Positions 13,374 to 26,688 of a stretch of DNA of 64,000 bases are shown piece after piece; position 1 is the first letter of the stretch, and the number at the start of each line of letters is the position of its first letter. The notes under the pieces were generated by a model that had not been told where the DNA came from, made no database searches, and worked only from the letters and a program-made list of their open reading frames with translations. The position numbers and the translations under genes were made by a program. This DNA is from Vicugna vicugna. Taxonomy: Eukaryota. The stretch spans positions 4,032,001-4,096,000 of the forward strand of contig MU058221.1 of the NCBI GenBank assembly GCA_013265495.1. The letters are read 5' to 3'.

Positions 13374-13924
13374 GTGAAAGAGGAGGAAAGGCATCTTCAA
13401 TGAGAAGTTATCATTCGAAACTAAGTTCAAAGGCTTGAAAAGGAGAGTTTGGTGAAGGGCACACTCTGTCTGCTGGACTGGCTGCTTGGATTGAAGAGAA
13501 GTTGTGTAAATAACCCAAGGGTTTTCTGTGAAAGGACAAGGAGTGGGTGTGAAAGATGTCCAAGAGAAAAGTAAAAACAAAGCCTGCTTTCACATCCACA
13601 GCGCTGTATTTGAGGAACTCATTATCCAAAATGATGCTTTTATGTGTAAATAGCTCCTGCAACTTCAAGGCTGCCAGAGTTACAGAGGGGAAAAGTGGAC
13701 TGTCCCTTACCCATAAGGTAGCTGGCAAGAGGATGCTACGTACAATACAGGCAACAAGTCCTATAACTTACAGAGTGAGTTTCAGTTCACTCATAATTTC
13801 TATGGCTTTAGACAGTCACATCCTTTCCCTGGACACAGATTTCTTATGAGCAAAATGAAGAGGTTTAAGTGGATTGCTAAGAGTATTTTTGCCATATGTA
13901 AATCTAACCGTAAGAGTTCATAGT

Positions 13925-14402
13925 TGTTACCGGAGATTAGGTCCTTGTCTCACAAAGGAGAAAATCCAAGAGCGAGCCACAGTAGAGGGAAAGCAGATTT
14001 ATTCAGGGAGGTGCAGACTCCATAGACGGGGTGTGGGCTGTCTCAGAAGTCAAGAGAGGTGCCCCACGGTGTGGCGGTGGTTAGTTTTTATGGGCTGGAT
14101 GATTCCACATGCTATCAAGTGAGAGGGCTATTCCAGCTGTTTTGGGGAAGGGGTGGGATTTCCAGGAATGGGGCCCTTGCCCACTTTGGGGCCTTTTGGT
14201 CATCCGGGGACCTGTCATGGTGCTGAGGGTGTGTCTTTTAGCGTGCTAATGTATTACAGTGAGCCTCTGTGGCTCCAGCTCTGTTGGAAGTTGAATATTC
14301 CACCATCTTGGGCCAAGTTGGTTCTAACCAGTTTATGTCCTACCCTCAATTGCTCTGTTATTCTTTCAGTGGTCATGTTCCGCCCACTTCCCGCCTGTCT
14401 CA
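13925..14402 (-). mobile_element. ERV1-type solo LTR
   Basis: TGTTACC...CTGTCTCA termini with a perfect 4-bp TSD TAGT (13921-13924 and 14403-14406). Homologous to 6112-6738 (CAAGAGCGAGCC...AGATTTATTCA...ACTCCATAGAC). Confidence 0.85.
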
Positions 14403-15639
14403 TAGTGCCTCCATTGCATGATATGTGATGAAGCATCAAGAGTTTCTGCAGTTACTGTTCTCCCAAAAATCTATTTATGACCTTTAGTGAAGTCAGTTTG
14501 AGACAACCACATTTTGCTCTAAATGAAAGTGCATATATCAGATAGAAAAAATAGTGAAATTTTTACAGTGTTCCTTTTCTAACTCAGAAAGCAAAGTAAT
14601 TGGCAGGCAGTCCAATTATTTTCATATTGAAAGTTTGAGTTGGCACACAAAACCCTCACTAGAATTTCTAAATTCTTTGGAGCTCAACTTTACTCTCCAA
14701 TCCTCGTTCCCTGACTTAACGATGGGTTTTCTTTTCTTTTTTTCTCTCTGAATTCTCTATTCAAATGTTAAGTACAGCAATCAAGTCAGCTAAAGCACTG
14801 AGAACACAGTCTTATGGAATCCAGTATTCCCTAAATATGAAGCTACACACTGATAATGCTGCCTGAGTGTAATATACGAAGCATAAATTTGCTAGATACA
14901 TTTACCATTTTCAAATATAACTCACATTCAGGGCTCTTTAGTGTAGGAGTTTGTGTACTTGAGTCTTTCCTTTACAGGATCATTCTGAATAAAGTGCCGA
15001 TTTCTTTAGCTCCATATGGAAATATTACAACAATAGAATTAAAATGATTTGGTTTGTTTATTTTTTATTAGCAACAGATTGCAAAACTGATGATCTTCCA
15101 TTTGGAATGCAGAATTCCTTTCTTTCCAAATTCAGGACACTAGGATGAGAACAGTTTTTCTAACTGCAAAGAAAACATTTAAACATTTAATCTCTGTGAA
15201 AGTTAACGTGCAACCCTGGACTTCCTAATTTTATTTTATTTCTTAGCTCTTCTCTTTTAGTTCCCTCAGGCTCAGCCTGAAAATTGTTTACCAACCGCTG
15301 CTTACAATTACAATCACTGTATATTTTAATACCGTCATGAAGAAACAAAATTGACATTGCCCAAGGTCTGGATTTATGTCAGAATATGCCAGAAGGGTCA
15401 CATTTCACTGGGATTCAGTGAAAGAATTCAGTGGAAGGATTCAGTTCCTCAACTGTTTCTCTGTTCTCTTTTCCTCTCTTCTAAACATGCCCTGAATCAG
15501 ACTAATGACTGCCAAATAGAGAAATGTGCCTCTATTTGACACCTGGGTGGAGGGTCAGAGGATCAGGAGATCATGCCATGTTATGCCACAGGAAACTGAA
15601 GGAAGTAAGGGACTTAGTCAAAACCAAATCCAGCAAAAT

Positions 15640-15775
15640 TTTCTTTCATTAAATAAATATTCATTGCCAAATACACAGGAGTCAGGCACCAGAGATGTTA
15701 AATGTGCAAGTGGTGAGCAACGCTAATTAGATCTCTGTCTTCAGGAAGTTTAGAGCCTAGTGGGAGAAACAGATA
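15640..15775 (-). mobile_element. L2 3' fragment
   Basis: TTCATTAAATAAATATTCATTG...CTCTGTCTTCAGGAAGTTTAGAGCCTAGTGGGAGAAACAGA. Confidence 0.55.
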
Positions 15776-15776
15776 C

Positions 15777-15780
15777 TGTA

Positions 15781-15831
<51 letters not shown>
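15777..15831. repeat. (TCTG)n(TCTA)n microsatellite
   Basis: Directly visible tetranucleotide array. Confidence 0.95.
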
Positions 15832-15834
<3 letters not shown>

Positions 15835-16133
15835 CTTGATCCTAGTCAATCACCACCCTATTAAGTCTGCTTCAGTTTATAGCAAAATTGTATGGGGTCA
15901 CTGATTCCCTCTATTTTCATTTCCTATTCATCCCACCCCAGTCTCATTCTTATCCCTAGGACAGCTAATGTTCTTACTTTTTTTTTTTTAAACCAATGAC
16001 TTCCATATAATCAAATGCAATGAATTTTTTTTTCTCATTTTTACCTTAATCTACTAGCAGAATTTCCTCTTACTTTAAATATGGTCTTTCCTGAACACCA
16101 GGATTGATCAATCTGTCTATCCTTCTATCTATC

Positions 16134-16500
16134 TAGGCTCTGACCTTTAAAGATGTTAACACTTTCGCACTTGCATGAAGATAGCAAGTTGCAGAATAGA
16201 AGACAACGTTTGTTTTGTTGGAGGTTTTACAGGGCACCATGACCTGACCCTCATGGACAGCTACAAGAACAAAGGATTCTGACACCAAGATGCTTGCAAC
16301 AACCAACCACACTTCCTTCCCCTTTTTAGTATAAAAAGAGCCTAAATTCTGACTTAAGTAAGATGGTCCTCCAGGGCATTAGTCTGTCATCTTGGTTTGC
16401 TGGCTTTCCGAATAATGTCGCTGTTGCTTGCCCCAACACCTCGGTCTCACGATTTATTGCTCTGTCGTGAGGCGAGCAAAATGAATTTGACTCGGTAACA
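16134..16500 (+). mobile_element. ERV1 LTR, family A, 5'-truncated
   Basis: Homologous to 60061-60577 (GGCTCTGACCTTT...TGCAACAACCAACCAC...AGTATAAAA...GACTCGGTAACA). Confidence 0.85.
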
Positions 16501-19500
16501 CTTTATTCTGTCTTCTGAGGGAATTTCTAAGAAACACAGTGCAGGGTAACTTTAACCAAATATATATATTCGTTATACTTTTTCTGATCTTCTATTCTAA
16601 AACTCTGTGTAAGACACAGCCTGTTGGTACGACCTTGGGAGAAGAGAAGTTTTAAGGATGTCCCTTTAGTTCTTTCCTTTCAAGTCTAGAGGAAATGCTA
16701 GTCAGGCTCTCTTTTCTTTTCCCCAGCTCACACTATCCCTTCTCAGCTCTCTAGCACAGAAAAACAAAACAAAACAAAACAAATTAAAAAAAAAAAGCTT
16801 CGCAAATAAAAAAGATCTCCAACTTACATCTTCAGATCTCAAAGAAAGAAGGTAAGAGAATAAAGACAGGAAGAAGAATTTTAACCTTCCTTCATTTTTC
16901 TCAAAATTTGGTTCTATGCTGCCTCCTGTGTGTTACTGATAATTAGAAGAAACTAACCCTGAATATGCTGACGTGCGAGGCAAAGGGAGTTGCACACGCT
17001 TCGGGGAAATTGTTTGATTCTCTCTCAAGGTTTTAGATGAACAAGTTAAAGATGTTGGAAATAGAACTGCCCATAGGCAGAAGGATGTGTTTAGTTTCCC
17101 TAAGCTAAGCCTGTTTGCAGTTAACGGATCTCAGGTGTTGAAAAATAAGGGCAGTGTATTTGAAAGCATTGTATATCCATCCTCAGCACCTTCCAACTTC
17201 ACGTCACAGGCTAGCCCTCTGCTCATTGGTGACTGTAACTGCAGCTACAACTATAACCCACGAGTAGACAGATTAAATCTACTTACTTAAATTGAAAAGA
17301 AATGTTTGCAAAGCAAGTGGATTGCTCATCTTCACTTACCCTTAATAAAATGTCTTTATAGGTGACTCTGTTCTCTGCCTCTCATTTTAGACTATGGATG
17401 TAACAAAGCATTAAGCTTTAAAACTGGAAAACCTTAACGCCATCCAATTCAGCTATTGATATGTGGCTGCTGAAAATTTTATACTGTTTTTCCTAAGTAT
17501 GTTGTTTTCATGCTGTGATTAATCCATGAATTGGATGCCTGAAAGTGATCTGAAGGAGAAAAGAGAAATGCACACTCAGTTACTACCTAATGATTACTTT
17601 TGACATAAGTACTTATATAATTTTTTATCTTCTTATTTTGTATCCAAATGTTTGAAGATAAGGAAAATGTTATTTATACTAAACTTAATTTCAGAGCTCC
17701 AAATTTGACAGCTTTTGACAGTCCTTAAATGTTTTTTAAGCTGTGATAGATGAGGATACAAGAGAAAGAACTGAAATTAGTAGGAGTAATTGAATCTACA
17801 CATCACAATAAATTCACTGACAGAGTCATCGCAAAATGCAGGGACTGCCAACCCTGGTAGGAGGCGGTTGACTTGTTGATTAGTTGACTTAATTTATTGC
17901 AGAAAAGTTTCTTTTTCTCTCTGTTTAACACAAAGAACAAATTCCCCAGCCTGATCATTTTGGTGTAGCGATTTTGCTTACTTTTCAGCCTCCTATTTTA
18001 ATATTAAAACTATTCTTCTAGTAAGCAGTAGCATCTAATTAAGGTCTCCGAATGTTTTAAAGCTTTATGATTCAAGAAGTCAACTGGGGCATGAGTAATA
18101 GGTTATAGGCAGCCTGGGATTTCAGTCTAATGGAAACATATGTAAGACAGCGACAAGGGAGGTGCAGATCACTCAGACTCGACAGCAGTGAGCGTGGAAC
18201 ATATGTCCAATGCCGAGCTATCTGCTAATTTCATTGTCACAGAAACATCCAAATATTTGAACACTTCTTACCAAAAAAAAAATTATCTAGGCCAAATTTG
18301 GTTTCAGAGTTCTAAAGGTAATAGCTTTTGACAGTGTCCTTAAATGTTTTCAAGCAGCAAAAGATGAGGGTGTAGAAGTACCTCAATCATTAGGGCCAAC
18401 TGAATCTCTTGTTTACAACAGTTCTCAGGGTCCTTGTCGAGAGCAGCGTTGTTAGCTGAGTTGCATTCTGATCGAAGATTCAGACAAACCTTCCTCAAAT
18501 GTTGATTGCTAAAGAACTGCAGATTTTTTTTTTCATTGAAGGATCATAAGATCCTTAAAGAAGAGTATTCTCTTCTTAAATGATGATATTCTGGATCCAC
18601 CACTCGTCTATATGCTTAAGCATTAAGAGTAGTGAACTTGTCAGGTATAACACAGATTTTTGGTGACAATGTAAGAAATACCTTTTCAAAAACCTCAGAC
18701 GTTTTAGAATCTGTTCTGTGTTCTAAAAGAACAAATCTTAGAAGGATAGAAACTCAAGTTTGGAAAGGCAATATGTTCTCTAATAAAGGACAGTTTTTGG
18801 AATCTAACAGCCCTAAATTCATGTGTCTGCCTGAAGTCTTTGAATCTCTATGACCATGGAAACATTATTTACATACCGTGAGACTTCATCTGTCTCACAG
18901 ATAGAGCAAAACTTATAATAGCAACTTTAAATGGTTATGATGAGGGATAAAGATGTTCAGATAAGTGGAGTTCCTGTTGTTCACAAAGCAAACGCTCCAA
19001 ACTGGTTGTGTTGTTGGTGCTGCTTTTATTGTTAATGTCCTTTAATTTCCATTCCATTCACCCACCTGTGGAGGCTCGTATGCATAGTGCAATCCTACAG
19101 CTGGTCACCTCTGCCATCTCCCCACCCAGGGGCCCTCAGCATCTGATACAACTTCTCCAGTATGAATAAAGCCATCCAGTGCATGGAAATTGTGTTGAAA
19201 TAGGATATAGTGAAAAAAAATCATTTCTACATAAGCCACAATATGTATTGTCTAGACCAGAGTATGAAGAATAACCTGAAAATGTGCCAGCGTTTCCCGA
19301 CCTTGAGCAAATGATGCACTTCACGTTTTCAGAATGGGAAGAAGAAGATAAATCCGCCTTGGGAGAAAGTCCTCTGAATCTAAATGAATTTATAAAATAG
19401 AGAGAACAGGAATATGTCTTTCACCATGTGTCAGAAATTAGTAAAAATATAATAAAATGTGCTAGGTGCAAATATAACACTATATACTTTTTTTCTAGAT

Positions 19501-19977
19501 TATGGTTGACCGTTGCCTCCCAAATAAAAAATAAATGCCCCTTGGACAAGCCTGAGTTTCCTCCCTTTATACTTGGAGTGTCTACATTTCTCTTCTTTAC
19601 TGACAATTTCTCAAATGCTCAGGGTAGAGATATTGACTTTCATTGGAGAGAGTGCTAATCATTACCTAGTTTTGGAGTGAATCCAAGGCTATAAATTAGA
19701 GCAGGCTAACAGCTATGGTTGACTTGTAATGCTGAGCTGGGAGATTAAAAACCGACATGCAAAAATAACCTTGACTCTATTGGATAGGAAATAAACCTGG
19801 AAACCAAATGAAGTGGCCTCAAAAGTAAAGCCTGGTTAATAAAGGGATGAAGAGAGAGCCAGTAAGAGGAAAGCAAAGAGCTTGGTTTAAAAAAAAAAGT
19901 GGAAAACAGTTGCATTACATTGTTATTTTTGCATTTATTTCTCAAATATTTATTATCTGCCCTGGGCAAAAAAAAAA

Positions 19978-20101
19978 NNNNNNNNNNNNNNNNNNNNNNN
20001 NNNNNNNNNNNNNNNNNNNNNNNNNNNNNNNNNNNNNNNNNNNNNNNNNNNNNNNNNNNNNNNNNNNNNNNNNNNNNNNNNNNNNNNNNNNNNNNNNNNN
20101 N
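19978..20101. other. Assembly gap (124 N) between an A-run and a (TA)n run
   Basis: Run of N in the sequence. Confidence 1.
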
Positions 20102-20134
<33 letters not shown>

Positions 20135-21029
20135 AAACATTAAAGTATTTCCTTTTTCTCAAAAAATGAAGCTTTGGAGGGAAACACATGCAAGGAAAGA
20201 CAACGATGAAATACAGTACTTGCTGTAAATTAGATGTGAGCAAGCTGATTCAGGAAGTAACACTGCATGGCTAAATCAGGCGTGGTTTTATAGATGGTGA
20301 GGAATTAGAAATGGATATTGGGAAGGTACGTCATATACAAAGCACAAAAGAAATCACTTCAGAATGAGAGAAGAGCACATGAGAAGGTTAGCAGTTATGC
20401 TCAGTGAGCAGTTTCTATGACCGGATGCAGGGTGCCTGCAGAACGAGGAAGTCTTGGCCAGTCAAGTGGTTTGGAACATGACTGGGAACAATGCTATGTG
20501 TAATGATATGTAAATTGCAAGTAAAGAAAAGATTGAAGAGACGTGAAATATATCAGGATATAGATTTGGGGACACACCTAAGAACAGAATAGTAGACTGC
20601 CTTGATTTTGGAAGTCTTATCTAGTCTTGAAGATGTAGACACGCTGTTTTCAATAGATAAATGGACAGATAAGTAATTATAAAGACCTAGCCAAGCATGG
20701 AGGCAAGGGAAGAGAGCTCCAAGTGTCAAAAATAGAAAAGGAATCCACAGCTTAGAAGTGAGTGTGTTAATGCCTCGATGGACAGCAATGAAGGCGACAG
20801 ATGCTGGCTTGGAACTGGACCTTCTGCCTGGAAAGCTGGAACCTGGGAAACACTAGTCGAATCTGGAAAACTTGTACAACAGCACAGAGGATGCACACTG
20901 GCCAGTGGGGTCTAGGGTAGAGCACAGCAGGACATGAAGGAAAGAAATCAGAGTCTCAGTCTATAGCACATACAATTATGTGCCCTAAATTGGTACAGGA
21001 CTTGAAAAACCAGGAATTCATAAAGGCGG

Positions 21030-21985
21030 TTATTAAAGTCAAGTCAAAAGAAGTAACACTACCCAAATTATTCTATGAGACTTCTATAACCATGATAGCG
21101 AAACAGAGATAAGATAGTGAAAGTTAAAGAAAGGCTAATCTCTAATAGAAAGACATTTGCACAAATTATTATTAATTTTATCTTAAAGTACATTAAAAAA
21201 CATGGCAAAGTAGAGTTCAACTCAGAAATACAAAGGTACTGGGAAACAGAAGTTACCCATAGATGTCATAATTATCAAATTTTAAAAGAATAGACTCTCA
21301 TGGAAAATGCAGCTACAAAAATGCAATATGACACTGAACCCAGAAACAGGCACATGCATATTTGGGAACTACTTTGTAGAGAATTTTTCCAAAATCTGTA
21401 AAACTGTGTGCACTTACTCCACCATATTTCAATGATATGTCCAATTAACTATAAATTTATGTAATCCTTGTTCATATATGCAGAGTTCTTTTTTTCACCA
21501 TTGTTTATAATAAAAGTGAAGACTAACAGACAGTTCTGTTCAAATGGGAAAATAAAAGCACATGTGCTATTTCACATCGCGGAAGATCTTAAAACAGTTA
21601 AAAGCAATGAATTTGAAATACATTGATAAATCTCAAAAATGCACAGACAAGTAAGAGCTAAGTTGTAAAATCACGCATGTAGTATTTGACGCCTAACGCT
21701 TTAAAATTCCCAAGACTTTAATATTTTTATAAGCCTCCTATATGTACTAAATATAGCAACATATAGATTAGAGCTATATGCAAAATGTTCATGCATGTTC
21801 TCTTTGTACGGAAGAATGGAAAAAGCATTGGAGAGCTTTATAAAATGGAATTCAATATTCATCACCTTTATTTATTCACAAAAATGAGACAAGTACCATA
21901 AAAAATCTGATTCTGGAATGGTGAGTGTATAACTTTGCCCTCTATTTTTCTCTGTATACTTTTCTTAAAAGTGTTCTCTTAAAAT
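21030..21985 (+). mobile_element. Highly degraded old L1 (L1ME-like)
   Basis: ACTACCCAAATTATTCTATGAGAC...AACCATGATAGCGAAACAGAG and A-rich L1-like 3' sequence. Confidence 0.45.
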
Positions 21986-22475
21986 TAAAACAAGATAAGA
22001 AACAAAAACATCAATGTGAGGTGCAAGTAAAAACTGATGGAAAGGACTCCATGTTGGAAGTTGTAGCAACAACTTGAACTCCCCAGGCAGTTTGGGATTT
22101 GTAAGTAGCGGGGGATGATTTGAAGACACTTTGTCAGTCCAAATAAGAGAGTGTGGTGCCTGATGTGAGGTGGATGTTCAGGGGAAATAGGCAATTGGAT
22201 AGATGGATGGTGAGAAAATTGAAGAAAAAGGTTAAATCGTCCTATTAATATGTAGGTCGGATGTTGTCTTTGGACCCAAATTACAATATGCCAGAGCCTT
22301 AGAGCAGAAAGGAACCTTAGAAAAGAACTATCTCAAGTCCTGCGGAATAATAATAAGCAAATAACATAGATTGCAGAAAGAAGAACGGCAGGTGTACGGA
22401 GGAAAGCCACGCATCTCATGTATGAAAATCTAATGTGTGTGTACGTGCATGTGTACAAGTGTGTATGTAAGTATC

Positions 22476-23055
22476 ATTTTATTCAACTGAAATTCACATA
22501 ACATAGAATTAACCATTTTAAAGTTTAAAATTCTATACCATTTACTACCTTCACACTATTGGACAGCCATCCCCTCTATCAAGATCCACAAATATTTTCA
22601 TTACCTTTAAAGAAATCCCCATGCCCATTGAGCAGTCACTGTCTCTTCTGTACTCCTCACCCCTCGCAACCAGCAATCTGCTTTCTGTCTTCATGGACAT
22701 ACCTAATCTAGATATTTCACACAAATGGACTTACATGATATGCAATCTTATGTCTGCCTTCTTTCACTAAGCATAATGTTTTCAAGTTTCACCCAAGTCA
22801 ATGCATCATTGCCTCAGCATTTCATCCTCTTTATGGCTGAACAGAATTTGATTGTGTAGATATACTAAATTTTATTTATTCATTCATCAGCTGATAGACA
22901 TTTGGAATGTTTCCACCTTCTGCTGGTGTAAATAGTGTCGCTATGAACATGTGTGTGCGAGGTTTGAACACCTATTTTTAATTCTTCCGGGTACATATCG
23001 AGAAAGGAAGGCAGGTGGCCTGTTCTATTCTTCTAACTTTCTGGGAAATCAATTA
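22476..23055 (-). mobile_element. L1MB-like 3' end
   Basis: TGAAATTCACATAACATAGAATTAACCATTTTAAAG...CTTTCACTAAGCATAATGTTTTCAAG...GACATTTGGAATGTTTCCAC. Confidence 0.85.
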
Positions 23056-23694
23056 ATGCTATCTGTTAAGAGAAACACAGTTTATCTACCGGATTTCTTT
23101 AGCACCGTGTCTCTGGCTAAAGTATTACTTGTAGTAAATTAACCCAGAATCTATAAATACTTTCTGAGACAAGAGCTACAATTTGAAATTCTTTCTTCAA
23201 GCTAGCCTTTGAAATAATATGCAAGCTGCATACAGATTTTTCAAGACTGTGCCTAACAAATGCAGGTCACTGTTCAGTTCCCCACCCTTGTCTCCCTGAC
23301 ACACACACACACACATGCAACCCCCATGACCGTTTAACTCAAAGTAATAGAATTTCTTCCTCTATTAATATAACTAAGACTCCATTCCCAAGACAAAGAA
23401 TGGTATTAAACTTGAAACCTTCTCTGCCTTACTTGAAATCATAGGTAAGTTATCTCATTACATTATTTAACTTCTGTCTAGAAGACTCCTCGGTATATTT
23501 TCAAAAGCTACACGTACCCCTTAGTGTAAGTACCTCTGAAGGTACTTGTTATATTTTCATTGTTTCAGTCATAAGTTGCCAAAAATATTATTTGAATATA
23601 ATGATTGCTGAATAACGATTTATTAAATGAGTAATACCTCTCTAAACATTAATACAATGTAATACAGTAATAAAAAGCCTCAGACTAAAACTCA

Positions 23695-23935
23695 AACTTT
23701 GTTGTTTATCTATTTTATATATAGTAGCTGGTATCTGCAAATCTCAAACTCCCGACTTACTGTACAGCACAGGGAACTATATTCAATATCCCGTAGTAAC
23801 CTACAATGGGAAAGGAAACAAAAATGAATATATGTGTGTATACGTATGACTGAACTATTATGCCGCACACCAGAAACTGACACAGCATTGTAAACTGACT
23901 AGACTCCAGTTTAAAAAACAAAAAAACAAAAAAAC
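23695..23935 (+). mobile_element. Short L1 3' end with 5' inversion
   Basis: An antisense piece (about 23695-23758) joins a sense piece CTGTACAGCACAGGGAAC... ending in an A-rich tail. Compare with the contiguous copy at 120-352. Confidence 0.8.
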
Positions 23936-24221
23936 GTTTGCCACCAACTCTGACTGACATTTTAGGAAGCATCTTAAAATAGAAAAAAGACAATCGGAAG
24001 TAAGACTTTTCTTTTCGTAGAGGTTAGGAAGTAGCCCATGTCGACAGACACGTTATAATATCATTTTCAAGGTTCCTCACTTTTAATCGTACACCTTTCA
24101 CTGTGGACCTAAAACCCTACACTTCCCCACTTCACACTTGAAGTTAAATGACCCCCACACCTTTCCTGGTCATCTTTCATTTGAGATGTTATTTCTCCAA
24201 ATAAGTTTTCATACAGGCAGT

Positions 24222-24248
24222 AAATAGACAGGTAGATAGATGATAGAT

Positions 24249-24280
<32 letters not shown>

Positions 24281-24292
24281 GGAAGGAAGGGA
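24222..24292. repeat. (GATA)n(GACA)n microsatellite
   Basis: Directly visible. Confidence 0.9.
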
Positions 24293-24339
24293 GGAAACAT
24301 GCTTCTCACAATAGGGGCTTTTAAAGACAGCAGGGCAGC

Positions 24340-24960
24340 TTAGGAATTCGGTGCACAGCACCAAGATGGTTTCTTTCCTTCTTGTAGCATCTGTTGTAGT
24401 GGAAATTTTAAACTTTTTGGTTTTTTCAGATTTCCTAATTGTAAAAATCCTTGGGATCGCTTCTTGACCCAGTGGAAGGCTCATGAACTCCAATACCTGC
24501 TTCCGGGTTTGATGTATTCCTTTCCGCTCTGAGAAGTCACCACCTCGAGAGGGTTTCTCTCCATTCAGTCCCTCTGAGAGTCTGCGGAGACACCCTCCCG
24601 GGCTGAGAGCACCTCATCTCGATGGGTCCCAGCTGCACTCAGTCCTCTCGGATGAGGTGACGTCCTCCTTTGGTCGGTTCCTTGCCGGGGCTTCCATCAG
24701 ACCTCATCTTTGTTTTCCACGTATTTCTTTGGTTTCATCTTCTTGCAGACGGCAGCTTTCTCGTTAAAGCATTTTTGTCATTACCTTGTTTTTAATCCTC
24801 TAAAGAAACATCAAACTCTACCTTTGAGATGCACAAAGACCTTCTCCGTCCGCAGTCCATCTTTTTTTTTCTGTGCAGAGTTGGTGGATCGCTTCCCTAT
24901 GCCTTTTAAATTGGCTTAGATTCAGCTGCGTTGCTGCTGTAGAATTTACCTCTCCTTGCT
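24340..24960 (-). mobile_element. Possible degraded L1/HAL1 ORF1 relic
   Basis: Purine-rich on the minus strand with weak resemblance to the ORF1p C-terminal region (ISTTTDATRRK vs DFSxxTLxARRxW). There is no intact frame. Confidence 0.3.
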
Positions 24961-25252
24961 CCCTAAACCTTTTTCTATCATCTTGATAAATGGTGACTGT
25001 ATTTGTGTTTTGGGGTCATGCCAACAGCCAGGAGTCCTCGCTGCTACAGAGAGAGGCTGCAACAGTGCCCATGCAAAGACACATTAATAATCAATGGGGA
25101 AACTTAACGACTGTTCCATGACCCTTTTTTTGTCAAAATGTTAAGAACACTGTTAATTATAAATATACAGGAGAATAAAAATAGCAAAACTAATATTTAT
25201 GTATTACCCCATAATTTAAAACATTAGAAACATTGATAATGAAAATGTTTTA

Positions 25253-25512
25253 CCGTCAGCCTTCTGTATCCTTGGGTTTTGCATCTGTAATTCAACCAAC
25301 CGCGGACCAAAAATATTCCAAAAAAAATTAGAACTTTCCAAAACGCAAAACTTGAATTTACTGCACACCAGCCATGATTTGTATAGCATTTACCCTGCAT
25401 TATAAGTAATCTAGAGATGATTTAAAGTATCCAAGAGGATGTGCATGGGTTATATGCAAATAGTGTGCCATTTTATATAAGGGACTTTGATCAAGCCCGA
25501 ATTTTGTATTCT
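25253..25512 (-). mobile_element. MER2-type TcMar-Tigger DNA transposon fossil
   Basis: TATAAGTAATCTAGAGATGATTTAAAGTAT...GGTTATATGCAAATAGTGTGCCATTTTATATAAGGGACTT and TTCAACCAACCGCGGA are MER2 hallmarks. Confidence 0.85.
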
Positions 25513-26657
25513 TTTCAAAATCTCTCTCTGTTCGTAGATGACTGATCTTGTGTTAAGTGCACTCCAGTTTTCTCATTTTAATACTGTCATTCAGTGATTC
25601 TTGCACTGAAGGATTATGATACAGTTTGGGAATGCTGGTGGTCATTGACCGGACACAGGTGTGGCACATGGTCCATGTGTCCTAAGTAACAAGCCTATTA
25701 CATTTTAAGTCATCTTTCTCCCCTCCTCTCCCCTTCTTATTCTCCCTAATGTTCTAACGTCAGTGTATTTAGCTTTGTTGTTTTATATCAAATAGAGCGC
25801 TACTGTTTCAAAGTAACAAAAAGTCAGCTTAAATGTGCTTAACACTAAACAAGCTTTTATTTTCATCCAATAATTGGAAACATAGTATTACATTAGATTT
25901 CAGGTTACTGGCTGCGCATTTCTAGTCCTTCTCTGTGCACTGGTGCTACCCGTGTTCCTCTGGTGGATCTAAGACGACTGCCAGGAGACAGAATGTCAGT
26001 TCTTCCCCAGTTGTGTCTAGGGATGCAGTTCACTGGGGGAAGAGAGAAACAAGTCCCTTCTGTCTTTTCCCGAAGAACCGAACATTTTTATTCCTAGAAG
26101 CTTCTGGTCAAACTCTTCTCATGTCTCAGTGGCTCATGTTAGTTTTACTGTTACTGATGATGGAGAAGAGGACACAGTGGGTAGCTCTGTCTAATTAGGA
26201 CTCACCCCTGGAGGTAGTTTAAGTAAGTGGAGTTGCTGTTTCCACCAGTCCCCCAACAGCAACAAATCTGCCATCATCGGGTGGCTGCTGCTGCCAACGT
26301 CAGAACCACCCATAGCCATCCTGCAATCAGATTGTCTCTGTCCCTGCCGTCGCCTTAATCACAATGCAGCACACAGGAGGCAGGGTGGACTGGCTCCTGG
26401 AGGGCCACTCATAATGTCCATTCTCCCCTGCTTCTGAAATGTAAAGCCTTATTGCAGTATATTACCACAGGGGCGTAAAGGAAGTTCTTAAATTACTCAG
26501 AATGAAGTGTACCCACATACTCTGTTATGCCTCGAAATCTCCTTTCTCCTTAGTGTAATAATAATAATTTCAATATTAATGATACTGGAGGAATGAAGGT
26601 TTCAGTTTTACCTGTCCCCACATCTTCATCTGACATTTATTCTTCCTAGTACTCACA

Positions 26658-26660
<3 letters not shown>

Positions 26661-26688
<28 letters not shown>
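26661..26688. repeat. (CA)n microsatellite
   Basis: Directly visible. Confidence 0.95.

Noticed and set aside
18320..18345. AFDSV peptide as a LINE reverse transcriptase motif (KAFDSV)
   Set aside because: The surrounding residues do not fit the RT domain; the match is too short.
19745..20243. ORFs spanning the N run
   Set aside because: Artefacts of the assembly gap and the (TA)n repeat.
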